Translations under genes and position numbers: made by a program | Notes under the pieces: generated by a model | What the model was told of the DNA's origin: nothing | The model's input: only the letters and a program-made list of their open reading frames with translations | The model's database searches: none | Shown: positions 24,529 to 38,489 of the stretch, in pieces | How the letters are laid out: every line of letters starts with the position of its first letter | How positions within the stretch are numbered: the stretch's first letter is position 1 | Source of the DNA: Phoronis australis | Taxonomy: Eukaryota; Animalia; Phoronida | NCBI GenBank assembly: GCA_002633005.1 | Contig: NMRA01000568.1 | Span: forward strand, 96,577 to 160,576 | DNA: 64,000 nt | Direction of reading: 5' to 3'

Positions 24529-27305
24529 CTGTTGATCGAAAGGAAAAATACCAGGTAATATCGATGACGTTGCTCGCACGAGTTGATGTTAGGCCCGTAA
24601 GAAGGCAAAAATCATTGGGGGCACAGTTCAATTCGACATCCCCTAATTAACCTACCCTCCCCTTTCTATAGCCGCCACCTCCACCCCCAACCCCTCTCCT
24701 CCCCGTTCTCCCAAACTTTTACAGCAAATGGGTGAAGGGTCCGCGCAATGACGGTAGCTGGGAGCTGCCTCAAGTAACTGTAGCTGAGATATAACAGTAT
24801 GAAAGTACGAAATTCGATGAGCTATGCTGCTCGATGATCAGCTCACTGAGCTATGATTCACTTGAAACAGGCGGCTTAGATCGTACCTATCTGTCTGCAC
24901 TGGCTCTAAGGTCGTTTTATTTTGATCAAGTCTCGGGAAAAGTTCATTTATTATTGTCTTTGTTTGAAGAAATTCTTTGACGAGGTGAGGTCCCGAGGTC
25001 CATGGTAGAGTGCCTTTGGGGCTATGTCAAACTGAAATCCGTTGTTGAAACACGGCCGGTAGTGTGTCCCAAAATGTGTACATTTCAACGCTTGGAGTTC
25101 AGATTCAATTCACGTGGATCACTGAGTTTCTGTGCGGGTCTACTGCACGGTTTGACCATATTTTTAACGTCCATGCGTCAGTCACGAGGTGCTCCGTCTG
25201 TGTAGTATGCACGGGAATGCCAAGCAAAAAATTCAGTTTTGAAGAACAAAAAATCATTGCGCAATACAGCTGGAAACTAAAAACATTAAGGAAGTGCAAA
25301 GACAACCTTTCCAAGTTAATGAGCCATGAGCTTAATATGGTTTATTTAATGATTGAAAGTTCTTTTTCGATCTACGGTTTGTAGCCTCGAAAGTCTTTTC
25401 GACATGTGCAAATTCCTTACAAACAACTTCTTGTAGCCATCTTTATATGAAATGCTATTCTTGTGATACTATGGGAAAAGGTAACATTATTTTATAAATA
25501 ATCATTGGAAGCAGTCCTTTCTGTGTAATTCACAAACAGCGGTCTTCGCGGTCTTCAAAATTCCACCTTTCCGATGGCGGTCAAAGCTATTGATATTTTC
25601 AAATTTGTTTGGTTGTTTTGTTCGTCTTGATACTGATGTGCTATGCACGAATGTTTTGCGGTTTTTTTCAATGAATTTGGAGTCTCAATTTCCCCTCGTG
25701 AATACTTGGCAATGTCAGACTTATATCTATGGAGTGACAAAAGGATAATTCCCCAGAACCGTCCCGCCGAGAGAGGATCCCGTCTGAAAGGCTGAACACC
25801 ATTAAGCTTGGAAAAGCGTGTGACGCTGCAAGGGTGATATTTCTCAACATGAAACCGGTTGTACGATTTCAAAAAAGCTGGATAATAAAGGTAATTGATT
25901 CCACCATTCGGCCATCTCTCTGTGAGCTGCCCCTTTAAGAATTTGTCAATAAAAACACGAAGTGCTGACAATTTGAATGTCACTAACTTCCCCTTCAAGG
26001 GATACTAGACCCTTAAATATGAAAAGATCTATATTTTCAAAAAGGAGGAAATGCGCAGCTGTTGATATTATCAGTCAAGTCATCATTCCTTCTCAAGTAA
26101 TGTACAGTTTTGAAAAAACGAAAAATAGAGTGACGGTTGTCTCCGTTATCAATTGCCAAAGAGGGGTCTTGGAAAAATGCAGTTTGGCAGCAGAATTGTC
26201 TCATTGTTTATTGTGAATACACTCAGCAGAAGCTTTGTATTACAAATGTTTCGAAATACATGTGTGAACGATTAATTCAGTGTGCGTTTTCAACTTCGTT
26301 TAGACAACCTTTGGTGCTGCAAATCAGGGAAACCCTAACAACAATGTCCTGGGCAGGGCCCTCAAAGGTGTCAAATGTTCTCTTGAATTATTTCTCATCT
26401 GCGTGTTCCGCAGTCTTTCTTTTGTCGACTGTTCCCATCCCCTTGCCTATGTTGGTTGCCATGGTACCCTGACGCCTACATGACTAATCAAACCTATATG
26501 CCATTGCCTTTTATCAACGTAGTCTCAAAACACGTATTTTGAAACACCGCGATGGCGTGTACCTTTTGACAGGCACTATTTTTTTCGCTAACAAAACATG
26601 TTGAGTTATAATAAAAACAGTTTCATTATGCATATCAAGTCATATCAAGTCATATCAGCTTTGAAATGAGCTGTAGTATAATACAAAATATGACAATGAG
26701 CGATATTTATGTAGCAAGTTAGGTTTTGACCACTGTAAAATGGATGCATTTGAATTAAAAAACACGGTAATTTCTATGGTGCTTTCGAAAAAACAATTGA
26801 CAATGCGTACGCGAACACCTTTCATTTCAAACAATAACCAAAAAAGTGTCTGCTTCAGAAACATGAATGGTAGCAACAACAACGCCTGCAAAAATAGTTA
26901 AAATCTGCCTTTGGATCCGATTTACTTTCTAGAAAAAATCCTCAAATTCATCACCTCGAAGACGTAAGAACAACCTATTTTCAAGAAATGGTATTTAAAA
27001 ATTCCGCAGTATTACAAGTGTTTGAATTTTTTTTTGTGTCGCTCCTGTCAGCGTTGAAAGTCGTCTAAAGTCAGAAGATATATCTCACCAAGCTCTAAGT
27101 GGCTAAATCGATCAGTACCATCTTGATGCTTGGGGTTCGACGAGTTTGACAGTTGTAGTGTATGCAGACAGTGATATCCATTGGGATGATGAGACCAGTC
27201 TGGCCGAAGCAAATATACCTCAGATGAAAATTTTGTGCTTGTGATATAAAAGGTTGAGATTACAGTAATATGAATGTGACAAACCTTCTGTGAATCCTTA
27301 CTTAC

Positions 27306-27478
27306 TCATGTCCGAATAGTCATCCACAAGCACGATTTCTTTTACCAAACCTTTTGGCGAGTTATTAATCACGCTATGAACAGTGCGAAGCAATACAGAC
27401 CAGGCTTCGTTTATGAAACAGATAACCACAGTTGTGTTAGGAAGGGCCTTGATGCTACCATATGTCAAATTTGTACAG
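27306..27478 (-). CDS. GALNT: GALNT exon 3 (GT-A start)
   Basis: aatttcag / gtaagt; [46 protein letters not shown]; 173 bp. Confidence 0.95.
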
Positions 27479-28849
27479 CTGAAATTAAAGTGATTATTCA
27501 GTTAAGTGTAGATATATTTATTTCGATACTTCGACATATAAATGGGGCATATAAGGCAGCCTTAGTTGTTTTAAAATCAAGAGCGTAGTTCCATTAAAGT
27601 CACGTTACCAGTCCGCTAGGTGGCAGCCTGATAGTTAAAGTTAACTCCACTCGATAAATGGCTGAGTATATTTAAAGTGTTTAACTCGTGAATTCGCCTG
27701 TCCTTGATTTCAGCGAGTGTCTGACAAACAACGGCGATAACTGGTGATGTGTAATACTGTTACACTCTTTGTAACCCTGAACAAAGTTAATAACTTCAAA
27801 AAGTCTATCCTGTCCAATGAAACCGATAATGTCCCATAAAACAATGCGCACACACCTGCAAATCCATGTTGCCGAACAGACGTTTAAGTGTAACGAGTGG
27901 GCTCTCACTGCCTCACAAATGTTGCATTTTATAGCGTTGCAGTACTCATGATGAAACATCAGATGGTTCTTGACAAACAAGTCATAAATATTTTGAATTT
28001 CTGTATGTTTCAAAGCATTTTGCTTGTAGTTTCGAATTTCAAAAAACAATCTGTCAACTGCTCGTCACATCGTCGATTTTTCTCCCACAAGGCAAAGCAC
28101 ATCGCCTCATACTGGTAAGGCAAGACATACAGAGATATACAAACGATGGTGACTTCAAGCATCAGCCAGTCCGGTTAAAGAGCAAGGGGTCGGACATCAA
28201 AGCCACTTGCCCGGACTTCAAAATCAGTCGCTTGGACTTCAAACCAAATAGCCGGTGATCAAACGTGTTGTCCGGAAACGTGTTGGCCTCACCAAAAAAA
28301 TTATTTAGCTGGACCCAAAACAAGATGACCGGTGCTATAACCAGATGTCCGGTGATCAATTACGACCGCCGGACTTATTCAGAGACCCGCTTTGAACGAT
28401 TTGTTCAGCCATTGTGTTTGATTGAGCACCGGCCAACCCATTTAGGTCCGGCCAACCAGGTTTTTGGGTGCGGCCATATGGTTTTGAGGTACCGGCCATG
28501 GAGTTTTGAGGTCCGAAAACCAAGTTAGAACATCGTCCATTGGGTTCTGCAATCGAGTCCGCTGGTTTTGCAGTCCGGGCAACTGGTTTTGGAGTCCGAC
28601 TAATAGTTGATTTTCCCTCTTGAAGAGGCAAATTACATAAGTTCTAAGTGTTAAACACTTGTCGTAATGGTACTGTATTGTAGCATTCAAATAAATTCTA
28701 AAACGCATTTGGGAATTCTTTCTGGGAAATCGCTTGCTTCACTTGCTTGTCTCATACTGTGCTATCGACCTCAGATTCAGAGAGCGATCATCCATGATAA
28801 TCTGCCGTTTAAAATTTCCAGCTCATCAGTCAGCTGCAAATTGAATGAC

Positions 28850-29080
28850 TCTGAGCGCATGCGCGAGTTTATTATAAGTTGGAAGGAGATTAGAAACTAT
28901 GTGGTGAGGACAATTTTTTTAAAGCACATATTTCAAAGCGCGGATTTTACGATTTTTTTCTGGAAATTTAGTCACAAGGGAGACTAAATAACTCTGCAGG
29001 TGATGTTGCGAGATGGTATTTTCGTGAGGAATTGTTTAAAAGTTATTTTTGAAGAGCTTCTTTGTTCCATGCCTCTTTAG
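28850..29080 (-). mobile_element. Fragment of the same dispersed family as 972-1348
   Basis: Reverse complement starts aaagaggcatggaacaaagaagctctt...atctcgcaacatc...cgcgcatgcgctca. Confidence 0.55.
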
Positions 29081-29305
29081 TAAAATGTACGTGATTAATG
29101 ATTTCACATTTGAACTTTCTTGAATCCTCCGTGTATTTAAAGCAATCTTGTTCGATACAGAGTTCGCCCATTTCCGTGTGACGTTATGGTGTACAACGTT
29201 ATTACTTACTGTATATTATAAACGTGGTTTGGCAAATGAAGAATTGTGACAAATGAGCTGAGTAAACGTGCGCAAACAAGCAAGATTCGATGTGAAAGAA
29301 CTTAC

Positions 29306-29459
29306 GCCTTATTCCGAATATCCGGTAATTGTCGACGAACGGAAATTCTGTCACTAACGACAACATTGAATCCAAAATTTTTCCATCCGTTATCACGTTC
29401 TTGTTCTCTGTACTTGTCCAGTTTGTGACGAACAGCGACACCTGGCGCATTGACTGTAC
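29306..29459 (-). CDS. GALNT: GALNT exon 2 (stem)
   Basis: ctgcag / gtaagt; APGVAV...GWKNFGFNVVVSDRISVRRQLPDIRNK (family FN...SD.IS..R.LPD.R motif); 154 bp; phases 1/2 fit both neighbours. Confidence 0.92.
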
Positions 29460-29886
29460 CTGCAGTGATTAATCACGCCAGATCAATTAGACAATTGTCT
29501 ACACTCTCGGTATTCGAATACGGAATCGTATACGACATACTGCAATGTATTTAGGCAGTGGCTCCACTGTCACCTACGGACTTTGGATGTCGGAAAAGTC
29601 GGACGCCTCCTATTCTTGAGACTAAAATCGAGCCAACAACAAATACGGTCTTAGGTGTCAACAGGTCATTTTTCAGATAAAGTCGAAAAATATGGCGGGC
29701 CTACGATGCCGTATGGGGGGCAATGAAACATGTTCGCATATGCCGCCGACGTTTTTTTTTTGGTCTTGGGCTTAGGGNNNNNNNNNNNNNNNNNNNNNNN
29801 NNNNNNNNGGGGGGGCAGACTCTCTTTTCCTCTCTAAATACACATATTTAGCTACATTAATTACCTCTACAAAAGTGAATACTAAC

Positions 29887-30211
29887 CCCCAGTAGTCGAT
29901 TGCGTCTCTTTGAATTCGCTCTTTTCCAAGTACCCGTGCATCTTCAAATCTCCATTGGTTCGAGATATGTTTGCAGCAACATTCATATTTGAAACACGGA
30001 TATCGGTGCTCGCATGGTGTTTGGTACTGACAACGCGATGATATCTGAACAAACCGCGACTTATCTTTTTCAACGGGCTGTCTTTCAGGTCACTATGAAT
30101 AGCGCTCATTAAGATCAGTTGCAATAGTAAAGTGCAATGTAATATCACAATAATAAAAACCACCGTTAGTCGGTGCGGGAGTATGGCTGACCTGAGGCGC
30201 ATTAGGGACAT
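29887..30211 (-). CDS. GALNT: GALNT exon 1 (cytosolic tail, type II transmembrane helix, stem)
   Basis: ATG at 30211; MSLMRLRSAILPHRLTVVFIIVILHCTLLLQLILMSAIHS; donor gttagt. With this exon the 11 exons sum to 1842 nt = 613 aa + stop. Confidence 0.8.
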
Positions 30212-32602
30212 GTTCACTTTCTAAGCATTTTCTTCTTTATTAGCGTAATATCTAACCACTGTTAAACAACATGAAATCTAAAAAAACACGTTCTAGTTCA
30301 CCGACGGTTTTGTGCTCAGATTCAGAGTTGTTTTCTAAAGACACGATACAATATTAGCTTACAGCACGATTACTTCAATCTCTCTCTCTCTTCCAGGATG
30401 TGTTGCGTCGCTAGAAGAATAAAACAAAGTGTTTCTATACAAGTATCTGTTACACAGGTTTATTCACATACAGTACAAGCCAAAGGGATATAGGCAAAAT
30501 GACCTGAAATTTGCCGTTATGACGGTTGGGCGCGCGGAAGCCTAATTCATCGTCAGATTTGTCTTCCCTCACTGGGGACTGAGATTAAAGGAAATCAACA
30601 GGAAAGTTCGTAAGGTGGCTCAGACATTCTGTAATTAGAATTTTCTCTCCCCTATAGTTATTCACAGTATTTTTTTTACTGCTAAGACAAATAGTCGTCA
30701 TGACGGGTAAACGATATTTTGTCTGATCACTTTTGTCGTGTACTGCACTATTTGGGCTGGGATGAAACATTACTGGACATAACTTGTAGGATACTAGAGT
30801 TACTTAAGTCCTTATTCATTTGAGATTAAACATTCAGAATAATCAAAGCGTTTAAATATTCCTCTGAAACAGATTTGATAGCACTTGAACCATATTCAAG
30901 ATACAGTTTCGCGGTAGGGTCCTGCCTCTCCGGGTTGAAAGGAAAAGATTTAAAGGTTTATCTCCAGAGTGTAGAATCTACGAGATATGTCAGTCAGGAC
31001 AAGTGCAAGTTTCTTGGTGTTTTGCTGTGATGTACATGGAATTTTAGAGAAAAAAATGTTCGATATTTTTATATCACATTTAATCTCGGTCGAAAGTCTT
31101 TTATGAACAGTCAATATTTGTGTTTTATGTTTTATAAGTGTTGGTGACATTTTTTGATGCTGTAGATAATTAGTCTAATTAAAAACAATGTTATGCAATT
31201 TTAGTGACTAGTGTATAAATAATTAAACATATTGGTTGTTTTCCAAAATTTGTAACCTCCTAGGAGTTCATGGGAAGTGATTCACCACATGTCTAACAGT
31301 TGTAGGATGTTTATAATAACAATTGTGCCTTGTTTTGCAAGTTGTGTAACTTAAAGTCTTTGAAAAACTGTCAGCTTTGGGATGAGGCGTTTCCGAAAAC
31401 AACAATAATCTGTTATTTGTCCATCGGAATTACTCAACTCTTGATTGTCCTGCACCATAATTGGTAATGACTTGGGTTCATTGCTGCAGTCCAGCAGATT
31501 GATTCACAGAATTGTTTCGGAACCAGCGACTTTGTTCAGAGAATTGTTTTGGAACTAGATGTAGCATTTTGGAGGAAGTTTGTGGGTTTTCATGTTTTGA
31601 ACTATCTCGCCCACCTTTGTTGTGTTCAGTATAAATATTCTGTTAGCTACTCTAGAATTCATATTGCTTGGAGAGAGGCTGCTGCTTACTTCAAAAATAT
31701 CACAGATACCCAGCGTTGGTAAGAGACAACTTTGTTTCTTGATGTTTTACTATAAACTTTGACTTTAGAAACAACTATTCTCAGTTCTTTGATTATTTGG
31801 TTAACTCATAGAAAGTGTTGTAATAGAAATTGTTGTAACTACAAGTTTCTGCTAACTATTGTTTGCCAAATTGTGAGTTGATATGATATTATTAGATATG
31901 CAATTTTCTGTATTTTAGTATGATGTATTTGGAACTTCAATTTGTATTAGATATTGTATTATCTTTATTAATTGTTTCAGGTTTAACCGTATCGTGAATC
32001 GTAAATCGTACACCGTATTGAAAATCGTATTATTACTCGTATCATATCATAAATAAAGTTTTATGAGCCACTGTTACGGTATTATTATTATACGCGTGTA
32101 AACCGCTGGGTCAACAACAACAACAAGAGAGACATCTAATGTGCGTGTGACTGTACGCTACAATAAGTAAACTACAACACATTCCTTAGCTATTAAATAT
32201 TTATAGGATAACTTCTCAATCCGATAAAAGAACTTGTTCTCTGCCGTTATTCAAGTAACTACAGGTATGTACAGCTACCGTTGCATTTTGTGTATCCATG
32301 TTGTACTCACGTCCTAAATTAATTCTTATGTTATTACAGAAGACTCGGTGAAGTCGGGTGCCTTTAGGCACGGCACTTTAAATAAATATTCATTGATATA
32401 GGCTCGGCTTTCAGTTGAAAACAATGATAGATAACCTCAGTCTCTTTCCTTGGCACTGTAGTTAATATTAAATTTAATGACCGCCTACCGACTCCCCTTA
32501 AAGTTACTATTTTCCTCTATATTACTCAATTGAGAACAAAGGATGAGTTCCGTCAGTCGAAAGATATCAATGACTAAAATGTAAATGTTTCGTAAAAAAA
32601 AA

Positions 32603-34117
32603 CAGTGCAGGTGGTCTGATGTCATTTGCGATGCATCAGACGTGCGCAGGCCTCATGGTTAGGCCCACTGCACAAAACACCTGAGCAAAAGCACGACAGC
32701 CCAATTATGGCTCCTCGTGAAGAAAGTTTTCAAGTCTACAAGTCTCCTTTAGGAAAACGGACAGACGTTTCCATTTGTTGCCATGCACTATATGTTGTAG
32801 GCATGTAACAGTGCCATCCAGTAGGTTGCTCCTTAGCCTATAAAAAGCTGGGCAAGACTCTACCAGGTGTTTAGGAGATTCTACGTCAGTACCACACTCA
32901 GGACACACAGGGCTCCCCATATGCCCAGTAATGTGTCTGTGTCGGGCTAGGTTGCATTGGCCCGTCAAAATTTGAATGACGTGTCTTATACCCAATCTAT
33001 CTAGACTCAGAAGGCTTTTTGAACCTTTTGGTTCGATCACGTTGGTAAAATTCTCCTTGGTCTCTCTGCAGGAGTTAAGTGATGCCCACTGGGCTGCTGA
33101 CTGGGTATGTACCCAGTTGCGTATACTCATCTTGCAACATCCGTAAGATACCGGGATAGCAGGTTCAGGCACAAAATGCAGAACGTTTGCTCCTATCTTT
33201 GCGAGTCTGTCTGCATTCTCATTGCCATCAATTCCCACATGGCCCTGACGGTTCTTTCAATTGCAAGCTTGTTAAGCTCATTAATAGAAGCATTAACACA
33301 ACGAGAGTTGACCCTTAGTTTCTTTGGGGCTTTTATTGCTGCCTGGCTATCTGAAAAGATTGTAATTGGCCAATATGCCAAGCTCAGTGTTATATTGTTG
33401 TGCCAGTGGAGAAGCTCTATTAATTGCAGTGATCTCACCGTGAAACACCGTGGTAAAATTGCCTAGCGATACCCAGTTTTCTGCATCTGCAACAGGAAGG
33501 CTTGGAAAGTAGACCACAGCACCTGTCTGGCCATTTTCCAGTTTAGAGGCGTCCGTATAACAAATCACCTCATTCTTGTGTTCTCCGGTAGGCCATCCAT
33601 CGCCAATTTCCGTGAAGAATTTGTTTGTATGATTTAAAGCTGTGACCTGGACATCACTAGGCATGTTCCATAGTTGCCCATTAGATTATTGCAAACATTC
33701 CTGTGGCTTCTATGTGTAACGGAGTCAGGGATGTTAGTTTTCACCCACTGACCGTTATATCTGAGACGAAGTGCAGCACATGCAGCTTCACCCTCAAGGT
33801 ATATATATAGTGGTGGTAGACCGATTAGCATTCAGTCTAGGGCTGCAGAAGGCGTTCCTGGAAAAGCAGAGGTTATGCAGACAAGCTGGACGTTGCAACT
33901 GCCTAAGTTTGTTAATAATTGTAATCTGTTTTAGTGCTGTTACCCATATCGACGCAGCATAGGACATTATAGGTCGGATAACAGCAGTATAAATGCAGAA
34001 CATATTCTTGGGAGACATTCCCTAAGTTTTACCCACAGCACGACTGCATCTCACCAATGCATATTTGGCTTTTGAGATTTTTTCTGTAATATGCGGGGTC
34101 CAGGAAAGACGACGGTG
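32603..34117 (-). pseudogene. 5'-truncated non-LTR retrotransposon with RNase H (LOA/I-group-like), multiple stops and frameshifts
   Basis: GKT*GMSPKNMFCIYTAVIRPIMSYAASIW; RNase H motifs CYTDASK, TVFHGEITAI, IFSDSQAAIKA, GIDGNENADRLAK; C-terminal CPECG..VESPKHLVESCPAF. Confidence 0.88.
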
Positions 34118-35618
34118 TTTTTGGGACGTGGAGTCTATTTCTGATATAATTTTTTGGATACAAGGTCAAAGTCAAGGTCAAATGATAGGTCAAAGGTCAC
34201 GTTGAATTGAGACAAGGAAAATTAATCAATTTTGGCCGACGAAATGTTAAATTTATGGGAAATGCGGAATTATAATTTCTTTATCATTTCTGTGATTCCA
34301 TTACATGAAGAATAAGGGACAGCTAAATACTGGAATAAGATATCCTCCCAACATCTCAATAACTAGTTTAAAATATTGTCGCACCGGACCTACGCATGTT
34401 GCTCAAGGATGCCCACCGCACTGATCCCGTTGGACCATCTTTATGCTTTATTAGTTGAAACAGAGTTGAGGAGCTTGACTCAAGCGACCAGCAGTGTATC
34501 CCGTGTGACTTGAACACACAACCTTGAGTAGAAGCCACACGTTTTTGCCTCATCGTGAATAGCGGTATGTGTATAGATTACACGCAATCTGTTCCGGGTA
34601 CATGTACGTAGACTGGGACTAGTATTAATTCAGGGAAAACTCATAAACTATGACTTCTGGAAGGAAATTACTCATGCGCGTACCCAGGGGAGTGTGTATA
34701 GACCAAGAGATTTTAATAATAGTTGTACTACAGTCCTGTCATCTAAGTGTTGACAGCTGTGCTTCGAGTAGAACTTTCTTGACATTATTAGACAGGTGCT
34801 CCACATACAAGAAACTTCAATATAAACTTCGATGAAAGAACTCTGTCAGGCTGCTAAACTTTGAATAAACTTCGTGCCAGAAATGTTTGGCACTTTAGTC
34901 GAACACTTATCACACGTTTATCGAACTTTTGTCGTAGTTTAGGTTGAATTTCGCTTAATCGAGAGAAAATGTATCATATTACACGCGCGCACCTGGGGGG
35001 GCTCAACTGAGCCTCCCATTTGCCTAAATGGGCAAAAAGGTCCGAGAAAACGAAACAAAGTCCACTAAAAAGGCGCGAATGCACAATTCATAGCCCTGAA
35101 TGAGATATCCAGTTTTTGGTCCCCGTTTTTTGTTTATAAAAGGTCCACATTGCCAAAAATTCCAGCCCCCCCCCATATTTTAGACTGGGTTTGTGCATGT
35201 ATTAGTGTTATAAAATGAAACAAATGCGTTCAAATGTGGAAGAGGTGTGGGTTTCTTCGGAGTGTTTTTTTTTTCTTTTTGGAGAAGAGGTTTTTCGTAG
35301 AATTGTTTACTTGGAGTAATGGACAGTACCGGTAACCATACTGGACGCACCAGTAACTGCTGAGCACATGAGCATTTCCATGCCATATGCTTTCTCTATT
35401 TTGCCAATACAACACTCATGAAACTTGTGAGCAAAATTTTTGGCCAACTATAGTAAATTCAAAATGGCGGAATCCACCATCTTTAATTGCAAAAAATGCT
35501 CAAAGTTGCATTAATTTTTTTCTCCTGATCACATTTAATATACTTTAACAATAAAACTTTACAGTAATCAACATTGCAGGGTTCACTATGGGAGCTATTG
35601 GGCTGGCAACTAGACTAT

Positions 35619-35960
35619 TAGCACTACAAACTGTCCTCACGCGGTATCCTTAGTAATACAAACTGTCCTCACACGGTATCCATAGTAATACAAACTGTCC
35701 TCACGCGGTATCCTTAGTAATACAAACTGTCCTCACGCGGTATCCTTAGTAATACAAACTGTCCTCACACGGTATCCTTAGTAATACAAACTGTCCTCAC
35801 GCGGTATCTTTAGTACTACGAACTGTGTTCACATTGTACCATTAGTAATACAAACTGTCCTCACAAGGTATCCTTAGTAATACAAACTGTCCTCACGCGG
35901 TATCATTAGTACTACAAACTGTTTTCACAAGTTACCATTAGTACTACAGACTATCTTCAC
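35619..35960. repeat. 32-bp minisatellite (about 10 units)
   Basis: Unit tagtaatacaaactgtcctcacgcggtatcct (35651, 35683, ...). Confidence 0.9.
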
Positions 35961-36169
35961 TACACGCAATGGTCATATTCCATATCGAAGTCGCCAACAC
36001 ATTTATTCTTTATAGCCCTTTTATTTCCGAAGGTGCACCTTGGCTTATATTTAAAGAATTAGAAAGGTGAAGAAATAGCTATTTATCAGAATGCTTGCAA
36101 CATACAGTCACAAATTCTCGGAAAACTATTTTAAAAGCTTGGTTTTTTATCTTACTTTCTTTATAGTGT

Positions 36170-36412
36170 TTCATCACTATTAGCGTCGTCATTGTCATCG
36201 TCACTGTAATCATCGTCGTCTTCGTCATTATTATTAAATTCCTAATCATCATCATTTCTATTATTACCATCATCATCATATTATTGTTGTTGTTGTTTTT
36301 GTTGTTGTTGTTTCCATTATTATTATTACTATTGTTCTTATTATTGTTGTTACTGTTGCTGTTCCTTTTGCTGTTGTTGTTGTTGTTGTTGTTGTCGTCG
36401 TCGTCGTCGTCT
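36170..36412. repeat. Compound trinucleotide microsatellite (CAT/TAT/GTT/GTC)
   Basis: Directly visible low-complexity triplet runs. Confidence 0.85.
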
Positions 36413-38489
36413 TATTGCGAATTGCTACAGGAAAGCTCCAAATAACGTTGATAAGCTGTCGAACATGAAAATTTAATCAATTTGTTGGCATCGCCATCAC
36501 ACTCTACGTTGCTTAATCTCATCCTACGTTTTTTAAAATCTCTTACATACTGCAAGGATACTCATTAGAATTTAGTAAACTAATGAAATGTTCAATATCA
36601 ATATGCTCCGTAACTTCTTGCTAATTTCGCCTTTTTCAAGAACTGACACAAATTCGTTACATGCATCAAAATAAAAGTTAAAGTATCTTACCCCTAGCAG
36701 AAAAAGAGCCTGTTCCGAAGAAATCCTAGGAGAAGAGTGAAAAAATCTTATGTTATTAATGGACATGTCCAAGGTATAAAAGCCCTCGGGCTTCGATTAA
36801 ATTATGAAGTGCATACAGGATACAGTGCGTGCCCTCGGAGGTTTCTATTCAATCTAAATTCGTCAGTAATGTAATATCACTTACCCGCTAGGCCACCAAT
36901 ACATCTGCAGAAAACTTCCAATAGGCACTGAGAACAATGCTTCATAGTTGTGTTGCTTACAGTGTTTTCTCTAATAGTACGTACTTTCTATTAATTCGTA
37001 CACGGTCATTGAAACATGGCTTTTGTCTCTTATAGTTCGTGCTGTAGGAGTCCGAGGGATACATAATTCATATACATATTTGCATCTGAAAAATAATTCG
37101 TACACGCTTTTTGGATAGGTAAAATGGAAATTCGTATTCTTGTACATAACACAAATCAATAATCAATTCTATTCGGGTAATCGGAATTCGTGATTTGATA
37201 TACTACGCTACTCGCTATAGCTCAGTGGAAAAGTCGTTTTTGAGATGGCCATTTTTGGCGACAGTAAATGTGGAAATGGCGATAAGATTTTCCAGCGCGT
37301 GGCTAAATGGCAGTACAAATGTCAGAACAATAGATTTGCCTTCAGATTAGTCCTAAATTTACAAAACTGCAGAGTACTAATTCCGTACCGTCCTGCAGTC
37401 TTGCTGGAGCTGATTCCGACGAGTGTAGTGAGCAGACGACCAGTGACTACTCAGCGCTCCATTTGGATTTGCAGAACGGAGAATCTTGACTGAGCACCTT
37501 GACCTACATTCTACAGATGTGACGTCACACGGATGGCGCGCAATTTGCCACAGGTCACAAGAGTTCATGAACTAGAAAGTGTGATGTCCCCGATGAGTGG
37601 CGAATTTGTGTGGAAAAGAAATTTTTGTGTCTGACGTTGAATCATCTCTTTGTTTCAAAACCCCTTACGTAATAATCATCAATAAGATATAAGAATTTTA
37701 AAAGATGAAAGCGTTCAGAAAATCTACGAAGCTGTTGTGGTTGCTCGGCCTAAATGCTGGTATATTCAATGAATGTGACCATTGTGATCGACGTCTAAGT
37801 CGGTCAAATAAGCCGAGTTTTGCTGTTCAATCGTCTTATTTTTCACCGAACTCAATGGACAATAGTTGTCACTTATCGTTCACCCAATAAACTTTTTATA
37901 ATAAATCATTTCACTATGTTTCACCGGTTTCAATGATATAAGTCTTGGGGTTATGGCAAACAAGAACCAGGTGAATTGGGATAGTGTAAATTGATCTTTC
38001 GTGTCAAAAATACATAAAGAACTCGGATAGTTCATTTTTAGCTGTTACATAATCCCCCGTGCTTTTGAGATTAAACATTCTGTCGGGTATTTTTCGGTGA
38101 GTAGTTTGAACCTAAATCTAGCTTTCACTTCCTATAAGTGAATTCAGGTTTTCAACATGAGTGGCTCTCCGACGCGATTATTGTCAAGTTCTAGACCCAA
38201 AAACTGCAGCTCTCCTGCTCGTAAGAATGGAGTAAATTAGAGTAATGAGAATGCTTGTACAATATGTGATGCAGGAATATTACACCTGTGTCAAAAATAA
38301 TTAAATCAAACAGAATGTATGTTAAATTTGATTATCAAATAATACGTAGTTCCTGCCATTTCAAAATACACACGTGTGACATGATAATAAAAACAATGAA
38401 TTCAGTGATTACTTTATACTAATCCAACTGTTGACCTAAATACAGCGGTGGGGCGGCAGTAGCTGTAGAATGTAGGTCAAGGTGCTTGG

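Noticed and set aside
23797-25937. ttaaaggggca ... tgcccctttaa pair apparently bracketing GALNT exon 4 (Pack-type capture?)
   Set aside because: The match is only 11 bp including TTAA, with no further TIR similarity. The exon is in its normal order and phase, so these are probably independent TE ends or chance.
37212-37290. tRNA/SINE-like start (gctatagctcagtgg)
   Set aside because: A-box-like only; I could not find a B box or a cloverleaf.
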